This document shows, in pieces, positions 7,333 through 16,605 of a DNA stretch of 32,000 bases (its first letter is position 1; each line of letters opens with the position of its first letter). A model generated the notes under the pieces. That model saw only the letters and a program-made list of their open reading frames with translations. It was not told the origin of the DNA and did no database searches. The position numbers and the translations under genes were made by a program. This stretch comes from Candidatus Poseidoniaceae archaeon (GTDB lineage: Archaea > Thermoplasmatota > Poseidoniia > Poseidoniales > Poseidoniaceae): the NCBI GenBank assembly GCA_943789275.1, contig CALSTM010000002.1, forward strand, positions 690,001 to 722,000, read 5' to 3'.

Positions 7333-8580
7333 ATGTGGGACGGATTGATTGACATGACAGGAACCCCGGTAACAATGATGGATGGGAAACTCAACATCCC
7401 GAACGACCCAATTATCCACTACATCGAAGGAGATGGAATTGGTATTGATATTACACCCGTCATGATGAAGGTCGTGGATGCTGCGGTTTCAAAATCGTAC
7501 AACGGTGAAAAAAACATCGTTTGGTCTGAGGTTCTTGCTGGCGAGAAAGCATTCAATGCAACGGGCGAATGGTTGCCACAAGCAACACTCGATGCAATGC
7601 GGGACGGCTTAGTTTCCATCAAAGGCCCCCTCACGACCCCTGTCGGTGGAGGCATTCGTTCTCTGAATGTCGCCCTTCGCCAAAAGCTCGACCTTTACGC
7701 ATGCGTACGCCCAGTACGATGGTACGATGGCACCCCCTCCCCTGTCAAATCACCCGGAGATGTTGACATGATCATTTTCCGAGAAAACAGCGAAGACGTA
7801 TACGCCGGAATCGAATGGGAAGCCGGCAGTGATGGCGTCAAGAAACTCATCGACTTTTTACAAAACGAGATGGGTGTTGACAAAATCCGATTCCCGAACA
7901 CCTCTGGAATTGGAATCAAGCCCATTTCACAGGAAGGAACTGCTCGAATTGTTCGGGCTGCATTCCAGTACGCCATTGACAACGATAAAGAAAGCGTTAC
8001 ACTGGTTCACAAAGGCAACATCATGAAATTCACTGAAGGTGGATTCCGAGATTGGGGCTATTCTCTAGCAAAGGAAGAATTCGGTGCGGTTGAACTCGAC
8101 GGTGGCCCATGGTGTACTTTTGAGAATCCAAATACCGGAAAAACAATCCTCGTAAAGGACGTCATCGCCGATGCCATGCTCCAGCAAATTATTACTCGTC
8201 CTGCCGAGTACTCGGTTCTAACAACCATGAACTTGAATGGAGATTACATCTCTGATGCACTGGCTGCACAAGTCGGTGGAATTGGAATCGCTCCAGGTGC
8301 TAACATCAACTACGATACGGGAATTTCAATCTTCGAAGCAACCCACGGAACCGCTCCAAAGTACACAGGTCAAGACAAAGTGAATCCTGGCTCACTCATT
8401 CTCTCTGCAGAAATGATGCTGCGACACATGGGATGGGGCCAAGCCGCTGACCTCATCGTCAAGGGAATGGAAGGAGCAATATCTGCGAAAACTGTTACCT
8501 ACGACTTTGAACGTTTGATGGATGATGCAACACTTCTCTCATGCAGCGCCTTTGGCGATGCTATGATTTCACACATGTGA
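7333..8580 (+). CDS. icd: NADP-dependent isocitrate dehydrogenase (prokaryotic homodimeric type)
   Basis: Long stretches match the E. coli Icd sequence as I recall it: [173 protein letters not shown]. An alternative ATG lies at 7354. Confidence 0.97.
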   Translation: MWDGLIDMTGTPVTMMDGKLNIPNDPIIHYIEGDGIGIDITPVMMKVVDAAVSKSYNGEKNIVWSEVLAGEKAFNATGEWLPQATLDAMRDGLVSIKGPLTTPVGGGIRSLNVALRQKLDLYACVRPVRWYDGTPSPVKSPGDVDMIIFRENSEDVYAGIEWEAGSDGVKKLIDFLQNEMGVDKIRFPNTSGIGIKPISQEGTARIVRAAFQYAIDNDKESVTLVHKGNIMKFTEGGFRDWGYSLAKEEFGAVELDGGPWCTFENPNTGKTILVKDVIADAMLQQIITRPAEYSVLTTMNLNGDYISDALAAQVGGIGIAPGANINYDTGISIFEATHGTAPKYTGQDKVNPGSLILSAEMMLRHMGWGQAADLIVKGMEGAISAKTVTYDFERLMDDATLLSCSAFGDAMISHM

Positions 8581-8583
8581 GGC

Positions 8584-11500
8584 TCACTTGAGCCAAGCAT
8601 TGAGCGAACGACTGTTCTTCGCAATTCCAAAGCCAAATTGCTCTTCAAAGGCTCTGGCAACCAACGTAAAGTCTCCGTCACGGGTTGCCACCAAAACCGT
8701 ACCAAGGTCTTGCAGTGATTGAGTTGCAAGTTGTGAAGCAATCTGCATGATCGTGCGGTCGGGTGCTTCAGGGTAGACATCAAGTCCGTCGAGAACCGTA
8801 CGAACAGGTTCTCCTCGTGTTCGCTTCATTGCGGTAATCTCTTCGTAAATCTCAGTTGATTCTCGAAGGAACTGTTCGATAGCCTGCTTATTTTCGGATG
8901 ATTCAGCCTCTTTCTCCAAATCAAGGTTGAGAGGTCGCCAAGTGTTGTAATCATTGAGAACTTCTTCAACCAAAGAATTGATTGTCTTGGCGTTGAAAAT
9001 AGTGTCGAGAAGTTCCGGTGATACAAGAGAATCATCGAAGCGGCTTTTCAGGCCCTGGACGCCGGTGGCAATACCGCGTAATTCCTGTTGGACGACGCTT
9101 GGCAACCAGAGATGGAGTTTCTTATCCTTTGATTTACTCAATAAAATCTTGTGGAAACTACCTTGGCCACGAACATCAAGACTGACTTCACTCACCAAAT
9201 GCAATTTCTCAGCAATTCGGTCAACCAAGGCGTCAACCAATATGTTCGTGTCGACCAGAACCAATGGGGAGAGAGAAAGATTTCGGAGGTAGCGGCGTGA
9301 TGCATTTGGAATCTGTGACTTGTTCAGGGAGAACAGCGATTTCTCAGCTTGTTTTAGACTGCGGATTTCATTGTCGTTGAAATGTGGACTGTTTTGAGCG
9401 CGCTCAAGGAACATCAAACCGTCAACAGGTCGGACCTTGGCAGCCTCACTTGCAAGAGAGTAAACTTCGTCTGTGGACGGGGAGCCGCCTTGCATCAATT
9501 GATTGAAACGGATGTCAAACGTGTTCTTTTGACGGCGACGGTTCTTGTGGAGTGAATTGGTTGCAGCAGTTACACGGCCGCAGAACGGGTCGGTGGGGAG
9601 TGGTCGTGGGTGTTCCAACGGGTACGTTTTCAACATATCCAAATCGTCTTCTGCGTGATAAACTCGCATCACTTCGACCATTTCACCTTCTTCGTTTTCT
9701 TCGGACACCATTCGAGTGCGCTTGACGAAATCCTTGAGCAGTTTAGTGGCTGAATTGGTATCTTTGGACTTGGCAGTGTACGAAACGCGCAAATACAGTT
9801 GGAAACGTTGTGTAATCGCGCTCTTCAAAGCGGGTTGCGCATCGAGTAGTTCAACCGCTTCACGCCATTGTTCTGCAAACGCCAAGTGAATCAGTGCCTT
9901 GCGGTAAAGCGTGAGTGAGTGTTCGTAGTCAAAGTCCTCATGATCTCCTGCTTTTCTGTAATCTCGTGCAGCATTCAACTCCTCGTTACCTGATGCGTAA
10001 ACTGCCGCACGAGCAAGCGTATGCCAAGGTGAAAGGGCGTCGTTATGCTGGTACCAACGCACCAAGGAAGGAAGACCGATATCGTGCTCCAAAACCAAGT
10101 GACGTACACTGTGAATCATACCGGTTGGAATCGAAGGGTCGCTCAATAGAGTGTTGAGCGTGTCAATATTTTCTGAATCTGAGTTTCCATGTTGGAGCAT
10201 CAACCCCACGTAATTGAGGCGTAGTGTTGAGATGACGGCATTGAACAAAACTCGCTCCATCACCGTTAGGTCCGCTGAGGCAACGCTCTGCTCAAGATTC
10301 GAAAGGTGAGTGGATGAAGCAATTCCACTGCCACCATCACGCAATGCTTGCCGGATTGGCCCAAACGCACGCAGGCCTTGGCGGTCAAGTACCGTCGTAA
10401 GGCGTTCATCTTCGATGTTTTCTCCTTCAAACAGCATCAATAATGCTTCAGAAGTAGATGAAAAGGAATCTGGTGCATCGATGCTGTGGATTTCAGACAA
10501 CGCAGAACGGCGTGCAGTACGAACTTGCGACCACAATTCACCGTTACTTCCTGCGTCAAGAAGGTGAGAGACGAGGAGTGTTTCGTAAGGGTGAGACATG
10601 GGAATGAGGTCATCGGAAGTAATGATTTTAGCAAGGAGTGATAATTCCATGCTTTGAGTGAAAATGTCGATCAGTAAAGGCAGAACTGTTTCGTGTGCTT
10701 CACTCGATTCTGACTTGAGATTTTTGGCTGCAGCAGAACGAATATCCAGCGACAGTGAATCCATTTGGATGAGAGCAACCAAGGCACTGTCATCCAGCAC
10801 CGGAATCTGTTCCATCAACCAATCATCAAGGATGTCACTTGACAAATCAGCTAACAGTGGCGTGATTCGAGACAACTCAGTATGTTGGTCGAGTTTCAAA
10901 CTGGTGAGCAATTGAACGGTTTCCTCAGCCTTACCCTCTTTGTGCAGCGCATTAAGCCTCCACCACATGACCTTCTCGATCTGAGCAGAGTTCGTTGTCT
11001 TCTCACGGAGGAGTTCTAGACCTTCAGTCAATTGTTTTGAAGACAGTTTGGAAGCTTCGTCAGGAGCGTTCTGCCACGCCATCAGTTGACGGGCAGCTGC
11101 AAGCGAATGATTGCCTTTCGCTGCTTTCGACTTTTTCCAATCGGTGACATTTCCTTGACCAAGGGCATAGAAATCACTCAATTGTGATGCTAATTCCTCA
11201 TCCACAGACTTGAGTGTCTTCAAGGACTCTGATGGGTCTTGGCCTGAGGCAAGAGAAAGCAAAACGCTCAATGCAGAGGCTTGGTTTTTCATGTTCAACA
11301 GTACTTTTGCTGGTTGCACAGCGCGCCCTGCAGATAATTGTGAAACGACTGTTCGGAGAGCCACCTGGGATTCGGCATCTGTGATCGAAGGAGATATGGC
11401 TTCGATGGCCTTAATCAAGTCCTCAGAATTGGACGGATTGATGAAAGCAGACTCCAATTTAACCTTCTTTCCAGCCTTGGCCTTGGAAACTTTGGCTTTT

Positions 11501-11985
11501 GGAAAGGCAGCAAATTGCCCAAGGAGAGCCGTGCGTTGAGCCAAATCGTGCCAAACGGGATGAACTCCTTTTTCCAAACACGTTTCGCGGAGGGATGTTT
11601 CAGTTACCTCCCATTGTTCATCCCACTCTTCCTTGTTGAGGAGTTTGTGAACCATCAACACCGCGAGGCGGTATGCAGGTGAGTCGTCCGAAGGAACAAG
11701 CATTTCTTCGGCGGTTGGCAGCAAGTCCATCGGTCCTGTAGCCCCTCTTCCGCCGCGCCGGCTACGACCGCGGCCACCCATTGACCGGCGGCGGGGCGTC
11801 GAATCTGAATCCTCATCTGCAGCAGGAAGTTCTGTTTCAGCCAAAGCGAGAAGGAGGAGCGGGCGCCATGGCTTGTCGAGCAACTGCCAGTCAGGTATCT
11901 TCACAACAACAGCTTGTCGGCGGGTCTTGGTGATGTTCGTTTTGAACGCCGCTTCAAGGCAATTTGCGATGTATGTCTCTTGCAA
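8584..11985 (-). CDS. large (1,133 aa) RGG-box / helical-repeat protein with C-terminal PIN-domain ribonuclease
   Basis: The C-terminal ~240 aa show the PIN acidic tetrad in canonical contexts: LVLVDTNILVDAL, VVQQELRGI, APDRTIMQIASQLA, LVATRDGDFTLVA. Near the N-terminus is RRRSMGGRGRSRRGGRGATG. The middle ~800 aa are Leu/Ala/Ser-rich and look helical or TPR-like. The track start at 11985 is TTG and the first stop upstream is at 12010-12012, so the true start is uncertain. Confidence 0.85.
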   Translation of the reverse strand: MQETYIANCLEAAFKTNITKTRRQAVVVKIPDWQLLDKPWRPLLLLALAETELPAADEDSDSTPRRRSMGGRGRSRRGGRGATGPMDLLPTAEEMLVPSDDSPAYRLAVLMVHKLLNKEEWDEQWEVTETSLRETCLEKGVHPVWHDLAQRTALLGQFAAFPKAKVSKAKAGKKVKLESAFINPSNSEDLIKAIEAISPSITDAESQVALRTVVSQLSAGRAVQPAKVLLNMKNQASALSVLLSLASGQDPSESLKTLKSVDEELASQLSDFYALGQGNVTDWKKSKAAKGNHSLAAARQLMAWQNAPDEASKLSSKQLTEGLELLREKTTNSAQIEKVMWWRLNALHKEGKAEETVQLLTSLKLDQHTELSRITPLLADLSSDILDDWLMEQIPVLDDSALVALIQMDSLSLDIRSAAAKNLKSESSEAHETVLPLLIDIFTQSMELSLLAKIITSDDLIPMSHPYETLLVSHLLDAGSNGELWSQVRTARRSALSEIHSIDAPDSFSSTSEALLMLFEGENIEDERLTTVLDRQGLRAFGPIRQALRDGGSGIASSTHLSNLEQSVASADLTVMERVLFNAVISTLRLNYVGLMLQHGNSDSENIDTLNTLLSDPSIPTGMIHSVRHLVLEHDIGLPSLVRWYQHNDALSPWHTLARAAVYASGNEELNAARDYRKAGDHEDFDYEHSLTLYRKALIHLAFAEQWREAVELLDAQPALKSAITQRFQLYLRVSYTAKSKDTNSATKLLKDFVKRTRMVSEENEEGEMVEVMRVYHAEDDLDMLKTYPLEHPRPLPTDPFCGRVTAATNSLHKNRRRQKNTFDIRFNQLMQGGSPSTDEVYSLASEAAKVRPVDGLMFLERAQNSPHFNDNEIRSLKQAEKSLFSLNKSQIPNASRRYLRNLSLSPLVLVDTNILVDALVDRIAEKLHLVSEVSLDVRGQGSFHKILLSKSKDKKLHLWLPSVVQQELRGIATGVQGLKSRFDDSLVSPELLDTIFNAKTINSLVEEVLNDYNTWRPLNLDLEKEAESSENKQAIEQFLRESTEIYEEITAMKRTRGEPVRTVLDGLDVYPEAPDRTIMQIASQLATQSLQDLGTVLVATRDGDFTLVARAFEEQFGFGIAKNSRSLNAWLK

Positions 11986-12128
11986 ACGGCCCCCCCCTAC
12001 CCCATTGGCTCAACCTACCCTCCTTCAACCCACCGGCACAGCCGACATGGAATCAAATGGCTCATTGGAGAGGACATATCTGCGAACATCAATGAACAAA
12101 GAACACTTGGGCCACATAGGGGAGTGCA

Positions 12129-12596
12129 ATGGATCCGGTGCGAGTTGCAATCTTACTCCTTCATCCGCTTCTTGCTTCTGGGTTACTGGTCTGGATATGG
12201 TGGCAGTATTCTTGGCGTAAAAAAAGCCATGAACTCAAGGGAGAGGACCGCAAAACAGCCCTTGTTCGTCACGAAACCAACGGAAACCGGTTGGTGTGGG
12301 CAACGTTTGTTGTCATTTGCATCGCCTTCATTAGCCGCGCCGTAACCGGTTGGCGAGAAGGTGAGGACGTGTTGAATTCACTGATTCCTGGGAGCCTTCA
12401 TGGATTTATGGGGCCTGTTGGATTTGCGCTGCTTTTCATGCTTGCTCGAATGGGTCGGCAGGCTCGTGACGCTCGTCATGAAGGCAAGAAGTTCAAACAT
12501 ATCGCCCTGCGTCACGGAAGAGCAGCGGATTTGGTTGTCGTTCTCGTATTCCTGCATGCTTTCTTGGGGTTCCTGTATATCTTCGCTGTCCTATGA
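12129..12596 (+). CDS. small integral membrane protein, 4 predicted TM helices (DUF4079-like, low confidence)
   Basis: ATG start preceded by GGGGAGTG. Hydrophobic segments are VAILLLHPLLASGLLVWIWW, LVWATFVVICIAFISRAV, FMGPVGFALLFMLA and LVVVLVFLHAFLGFLYIFAVL. Conserved-looking His residues lie at helix ends. Confidence 0.75.
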   Translation: MDPVRVAILLLHPLLASGLLVWIWWQYSWRKKSHELKGEDRKTALVRHETNGNRLVWATFVVICIAFISRAVTGWREGEDVLNSLIPGSLHGFMGPVGFALLFMLARMGRQARDARHEGKKFKHIALRHGRAADLVVVLVFLHAFLGFLYIFAVL

Positions 12597-12597
12597 T

Positions 12598-13596
12598 TCA
12601 CTTCATTGCAAGTTCAGTACTGCGGTTCTTCCAGGCCGCAATCCACTTCTCTAAATTAGCTTCAACCCCAGGCGGTTGGATTCGGCAACCACAGGCATTC
12701 GCATGTCCACCTCCAGTTGGGTCAAACATCGTTGCGAGGCGAGACAGGTCATACCGGTTTTGCCCGTCCTTAAGGAATGAATTCGCATAAAAACTGGCTG
12801 AAAGTGCTGGGCGTTCAGGCGTATCAATCGAACCATCCGCATAACCGTGGACAATGCAACATGCATCGGCTTTGTCACCCGCCCAAGCCGTAACAAGATA
12901 ACCGTTTGAACGCACACCCTTCTCATCCATACGGCAGATTGCCAAACGGTCGATGATTTCGGTGTGCTGCTCCACTACGGCTTGCGCTGCAATTCGCTCA
13001 TCACGAGCCCTTGTGATGTGCGGTTTGATTTTTTCATCGCCCAGAACTTCAGCGATTGATGCGCCTTGGGAAAATAAATTCAGAACATGATGCATGTGTT
13101 CGGGCTCTCGTAAAGACAGCGAACGAGCAAGTTGCAAAACGGGCCCGTCTTCGATAAATTCTTCTCGCCGGATTTGACCCGAATCCAAAGCGTCAACGAT
13201 GGGCATTATTTCTTCCAAGTGTGTCAAATCGATGTAGGGGCTGAGCACATCAAACGCCAAACGAGCTGCTGAAGGCGTTAATTCCCAATGGCATGTCCCA
13301 CCTTCTTCAACGAAGAGTTTCTCTTCTTCTTCATTTGGCCGATTTGTTTGGTGGTGGTCGAGATACCAGCCGCATTGTGGGTGAAACGGTAAATCGACCA
13401 TAGCCGTCGTGCGGTCAATGCGTTCATCTAAAGCGCCTGAACGAACAAGTGCGGCGTGTGCGAAATGAACTTCAGCGCTTGGATTCGCTGCCTTAAGGAC
13501 CGCTGCTGCGCATAATCCATCAAGATCTGAATCTGCAATTATCCGATGAAACTCTGGAAGACCTGCTTCTTCTAACGGCGATGTAGGATGAGGCAT
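12598..13596 (-). CDS. DHH/DHHA1 family phosphoesterase (NrnA/exopolyphosphatase-like)
   Basis: Motifs IIADSDLDGLCAAAVL, MVDLP, YLDHHQT and C-terminal FDPTGGGHANACGCRI (the GGGH of DHHA1). The track start at 13650 would overlap the divergent NUDIX gene. The in-frame ATG at 13596 (MPHPTSPLEE...) is preferred. Confidence 0.85.
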   Translation of the reverse strand: MPHPTSPLEEAGLPEFHRIIADSDLDGLCAAAVLKAANPSAEVHFAHAALVRSGALDERIDRTTAMVDLPFHPQCGWYLDHHQTNRPNEEEEKLFVEEGGTCHWELTPSAARLAFDVLSPYIDLTHLEEIMPIVDALDSGQIRREEFIEDGPVLQLARSLSLREPEHMHHVLNLFSQGASIAEVLGDEKIKPHITRARDERIAAQAVVEQHTEIIDRLAICRMDEKGVRSNGYLVTAWAGDKADACCIVHGYADGSIDTPERPALSASFYANSFLKDGQNRYDLSRLATMFDPTGGGHANACGCRIQPPGVEANLEKWIAAWKNRSTELAMK

Positions 13597-13684
13597 AACG
13601 CTATGCGTGTGCACGCTGCCCAAGAAGGTTTTTGGAAACCATTTCGCCAAAATTGACTTGACCTATCGTCGCTCTGCTCGGTAC

Positions 13685-14095
13685 ATGGAGACCTCGTGTG
13701 GCGTTGTATTGGTCAACTATGGGACCGTCCTTCTGCTCCAATACCCCCAAGGTCACTGGGATTTTCCAAAGGGCCACGTCGAAGATGCCGACGAGGATCA
13801 TCATGCTACTGCACGCCGGGAACTCGAGGAGGAAACTGGAATTTCTGAAATTGATTTTATTCCAGATTTCGTTGAACGAACCGAGTATTCATACCGTCAT
13901 AAGGGGAAAAAGCGAACAAAACAAGTGTATTGGTATTTGGCTGAAACAGAACGCATCAGCGTATCTCTATCGCATGAACATCGCGGCCACATGTGGTTGG
14001 ATTGGGAACAAGCAATCGACCAATTATCGCACAAAGAAACAATGCGCGTACTCGAAAATGCTCACCAGCACATGGTATCAATTGGAAAAGAATGA
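13685..14095 (+). CDS. NUDIX hydrolase (Ap4A-hydrolase-like)
   Basis: Nudix box GHVEDADEDHHATARRELEEETGI (G-x5-E-x7-R-E-x2-E-E-x-G). The overall WDFPKGH...W...A pattern resembles small diadenosine-polyphosphate hydrolases. The track start at 13607 is GTG. The ATG at 13685 (METSCGVVLV...) gives the usual ~136 aa. Confidence 0.88.
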   Translation: METSCGVVLVNYGTVLLLQYPQGHWDFPKGHVEDADEDHHATARRELEEETGISEIDFIPDFVERTEYSYRHKGKKRTKQVYWYLAETERISVSLSHEHRGHMWLDWEQAIDQLSHKETMRVLENAHQHMVSIGKE

Positions 14096-14096
14096 T

Positions 14097-14792
14097 TCAC
14101 AGATGGTCAAAGTCATCGTCGCTTTTACTCAGTTTGCGAATCAAGTCTGCAACCCCGTTCTCAGGGCCTCGACGGCCGAGTGGCATCCAAAGAGTTTCAT
14201 CGTTACCTAGCCCTAAGCACACCCATCGCCCCAGAACAAACAACCAATCTGAAAGTCGATTGATGTAAACCAAGACAAGTGGCCTGACTGAACCTTCACC
14301 CTCTGATTCACTTAGTCTCAAAACCGTTCTCTCAAGACGTCGGGTGACGGTGCGAGTCAGGTGCATCACTGCTTCAGGGCCGTTTCCGGATGGTAGAATG
14401 AAACTTGTGAGTGGGTCAAGCTGTTCGAGCCAAGCATCCATTTCTTCGACCAAGACATCGGCCTGCTTTTCATTCAAGACAACCATTCCTTCAGGCAATT
14501 GCTCTGGCGGACAGGCTAACTCTGCTCCGAGGTCAAACAACTCGTTCTGAATTCGTGGAAGAACTTGGGATACGATGCTTTGGACCCTTTGAACGGTAGA
14601 ACGGCTCCCTCCGTCATCGTGAGACGGTAGGCGATGTATTTCCATCAGACACATACCAAACAAAGCATTCAGTTCATCGCATGTACCAACTGCCTCGAGC
14701 CGTGGGTCTGTCTTGGAGCGGCGTGAACCATCTACAAGCGAAGTGTTGCCTTCGTCTCCGGTGCCAGTGTAAACGCGTGTTATACGAACCAT
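14097..14792 (-). CDS. pduO: ATP:cob(I)alamin adenosyltransferase, PduO-type
   Basis: N-terminus ITRVYTGTGDEGNTSLVDGSRRSKTDPRLEAVGTCDELNALFG and C-terminal YINRLSDWLFVLGR are the classic PduO/MMAB-type motifs. ATG start with GAGGC 6 nt upstream. Confidence 0.9.
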   Translation of the reverse strand: MVRITRVYTGTGDEGNTSLVDGSRRSKTDPRLEAVGTCDELNALFGMCLMEIHRLPSHDDGGSRSTVQRVQSIVSQVLPRIQNELFDLGAELACPPEQLPEGMVVLNEKQADVLVEEMDAWLEQLDPLTSFILPSGNGPEAVMHLTRTVTRRLERTVLRLSESEGEGSVRPLVLVYINRLSDWLFVLGRWVCLGLGNDETLWMPLGRRGPENGVADLIRKLSKSDDDFDHL

Positions 14793-14816
14793 GAGTCTGC
14801 CTCAAGCCGTCCGAAG

Positions 14817-15302
14817 TTATGCTTCTATGAGTGGTTTTCGGGCAAGAAAACTGGTATCGATTGGGTGATACCATTCAATGTCTTCTTCTCCAAATCGCCA
14901 CGAATAGAGGGCAAGGTGTTGGTCAACAACCCCATACCACTCTAATCTCCCAGGCTCTAAACAAGCAATGCGAGTACCGGTGGCTTCGACGTTCGCTGTG
15001 ATTGATTGCCAATACGATACCAGTTGAGCCAATTGTTCGGCGACTTCAACGACGTGTTCGCTTTCCGCATCCAGTGTTTCAAGAAGAACTTCTAATTCTT
15101 CAGTGAGATCATGAGCCTCATCGCTCATGGCCTGTAACTCTGCAAGCCAGCGAGTGACCTTCGGCAAGTTTCTCCTTGCTTCATCGATTGAAACAATTCG
15201 AGCACCTTTCGGCAGTGTGCGTAACGCATCCTCCTCATCGACCAAGGAACATACGTCCATAGGTCGTCCAGAAAAGAATGGTACATCAGAATGTTCTTTC
15301 AC
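14817..15302 (-). CDS. hypothetical protein, DUF2203-like
   Basis: The pattern IDEARRNLPKVTRWLAELQ ... coiled acidic segment ... LEPGRLEWYG ... LYSWRFGEEDIEWYHPIDTSFLARKPL resembles the DUF2203 family as I recall it (LCW..GE..I.yWH...GF.GR.P). The track start is GTG at 15302 and an in-frame ATG lies at 15260. Confidence 0.65.
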   Translation of the reverse strand: MKEHSDVPFFSGRPMDVCSLVDEEDALRTLPKGARIVSIDEARRNLPKVTRWLAELQAMSDEAHDLTEELEVLLETLDAESEHVVEVAEQLAQLVSYWQSITANVEATGTRIACLEPGRLEWYGVVDQHLALYSWRFGEEDIEWYHPIDTSFLARKPLIEA

Positions 15303-15396
15303 ATGTGTTCCTTTACTTGACGGACCTTCAAGTCATCGGCCACAATCCATGATTTTCGGCTGTTTTGGAGGTTGACAAAAACGACGGCGCGGAGTG

Positions 15397-15678
15397 TCAT
15401 GCGGAACTCATCGGTTGTGGAGACGCAGCTGATAGCTTTCTCACAAATTTCATGACAACCACTGAACCAATACCTATCCAAATGAAAAGTTCGATGGCAA
15501 AGACGACGTAATAGGCTGGGCCGAATTGCTTGAGAAGAACCACAGCATCGTATGGAACGCCATACAGTGCCATGTACAAGGCTTGAGAAAGGAGACTTGA
15601 AGAAAACCAAACAACGACAGCGTACCAAAAAATAGTACCCAAATCCCAATCATCTTGCCTTGCAAAGAGGTTCTCCAT
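15397..15678 (-). CDS. small membrane protein (93 aa, 2-3 TM), unknown function
   Basis: ATG start. Hydrophobic helices are IFWYAVVVWFSSSLLSQALYMAL and YYVVFAIELFIWIGIGSVVVM. It is preferred over the overlapping alternative-frame ORFs 15299..15649 and 15474..15665, which have Cys/Arg-rich implausible sequences. Confidence 0.6.
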   Translation of the reverse strand: MENLFARQDDWDLGTIFWYAVVVWFSSSLLSQALYMALYGVPYDAVVLLKQFGPAYYVVFAIELFIWIGIGSVVVMKFVRKLSAASPQPMSSA

Positions 15679-15787
15679 GGTATTATATCGCCTTTCTACC
15701 TCTTAAGTTCTTTGTATTCGTGCGTAAAATAATGCTCACGTTGTGCGGAAAAGTAATGAAAGCGGAAGGATATGTCCTTTTTCCGAC

Positions 15788-16558
15788 TTATTCTTGCTCA
15801 TTGTGTTCTAAAGATGGAAGTCTATGCGAAGACTCTTTGTCAATTTGCTCGAGGGTCGAATGGATTGCTTCAATCCATTCAACTGCAACCGCTTCTTCTC
15901 CACCAGCATCGAGTAAGGCGTCGTACCATTCTTCGGCCGTAGCGTTGTCGCCGATGAACAAATGAATACGGTGTAAAGCCAGGTAGGCCATGGGATTGAG
16001 GTGCTCCTCATCAGCATCCCAGCCCTTTTCAAAGCATGAGATTGCACCGTCGTCCCCCGATATGTTTCCTCTTTGCAAGGCGACCATCCCTGCTTGACTC
16101 CATGCAAGTGGAAGACGTCCGATAAGGAGGCCACGAAAAACCAGCCATGTTTGACCGCATCCCAGAACCACCAAGGCAAGGAAACCCGACCATTGCTCAA
16201 ATTGGTTCAACGAATCCCATGTTTGTATCATTAGACCCCCGACCCCAACACAAAAGAAAAAGCCGGAAAACGGCGCAATAAGCACTTCACGCCGGGTTCG
16301 AACCAAATGATGGATCCCTGCAAGTAACCCAAATGAGCCAATGCCTGTCAAGAAGATGAGATGTCCGATTACCGTGACTGGTTTAGGGGCCAATTGACCC
16401 ACTGCAACAAGAAAAGTCAGCGATAAAATTAGCATTCCAAAACGGCGAGATGGTTGTGGAAAAGGCTGGCTCTTGGAGCCGACCACGAGAAGGAACCCAA
16501 CAGTGGCTTCAAATCCGATAAGAAGCCATTGAAGCGTATTGGTCTCGAACGTTAGCAT
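15788..16558 (-). CDS. integral membrane protein (about 6 TM) with C-terminal soluble helical (TPR-like) domain, unknown function
   Basis: Multiple hydrophobic helices, then a C-terminal GNISGDDGAISCFEKGWDADEEHLNPMAYLALHRIHLFIGDNATAEEWYDALL. The track start is GTG at 16576. The in-frame ATG at 16558 is preceded by GAGGAG 4 nt upstream, so I prefer it. Confidence 0.75.
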   Translation of the reverse strand: MLTFETNTLQWLLIGFEATVGFLLVVGSKSQPFPQPSRRFGMLILSLTFLVAVGQLAPKPVTVIGHLIFLTGIGSFGLLAGIHHLVRTRREVLIAPFSGFFFCVGVGGLMIQTWDSLNQFEQWSGFLALVVLGCGQTWLVFRGLLIGRLPLAWSQAGMVALQRGNISGDDGAISCFEKGWDADEEHLNPMAYLALHRIHLFIGDNATAEEWYDALLDAGGEEAVAVEWIEAIHSTLEQIDKESSHRLPSLEHNEQE

Positions 16559-16605
16559 ACGACTCCTCAACAGCACCGAAGAAAGGGCTCTTTTTGACCC
16601 TTTGG

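Noticed and set aside
11873-12345. Plus-strand ORFs 11873..12220 and 11914..12345 spanning the PIN-gene/membrane-protein spacer
   Set aside because: They overlap the 5' end of the PIN gene and the better-supported ATG-initiated membrane protein at 12129. They have no SD-like element and improbable composition.
13698-14268. ORFs 13698..14210 and 13993..14268 (+)
   Set aside because: They are alternative frames of the NUDIX and PduO loci. Both true genes carry diagnostic motifs in other frames.
15299-15665. ORFs 15299..15649 (-) and 15474..15665 (-) overlapping the 93-aa membrane protein
   Set aside because: Their sequences are Cys/Arg-rich. The 15397..15678 frame has an ATG start and clean TM helices. 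Confidence in this locus remains moderate.
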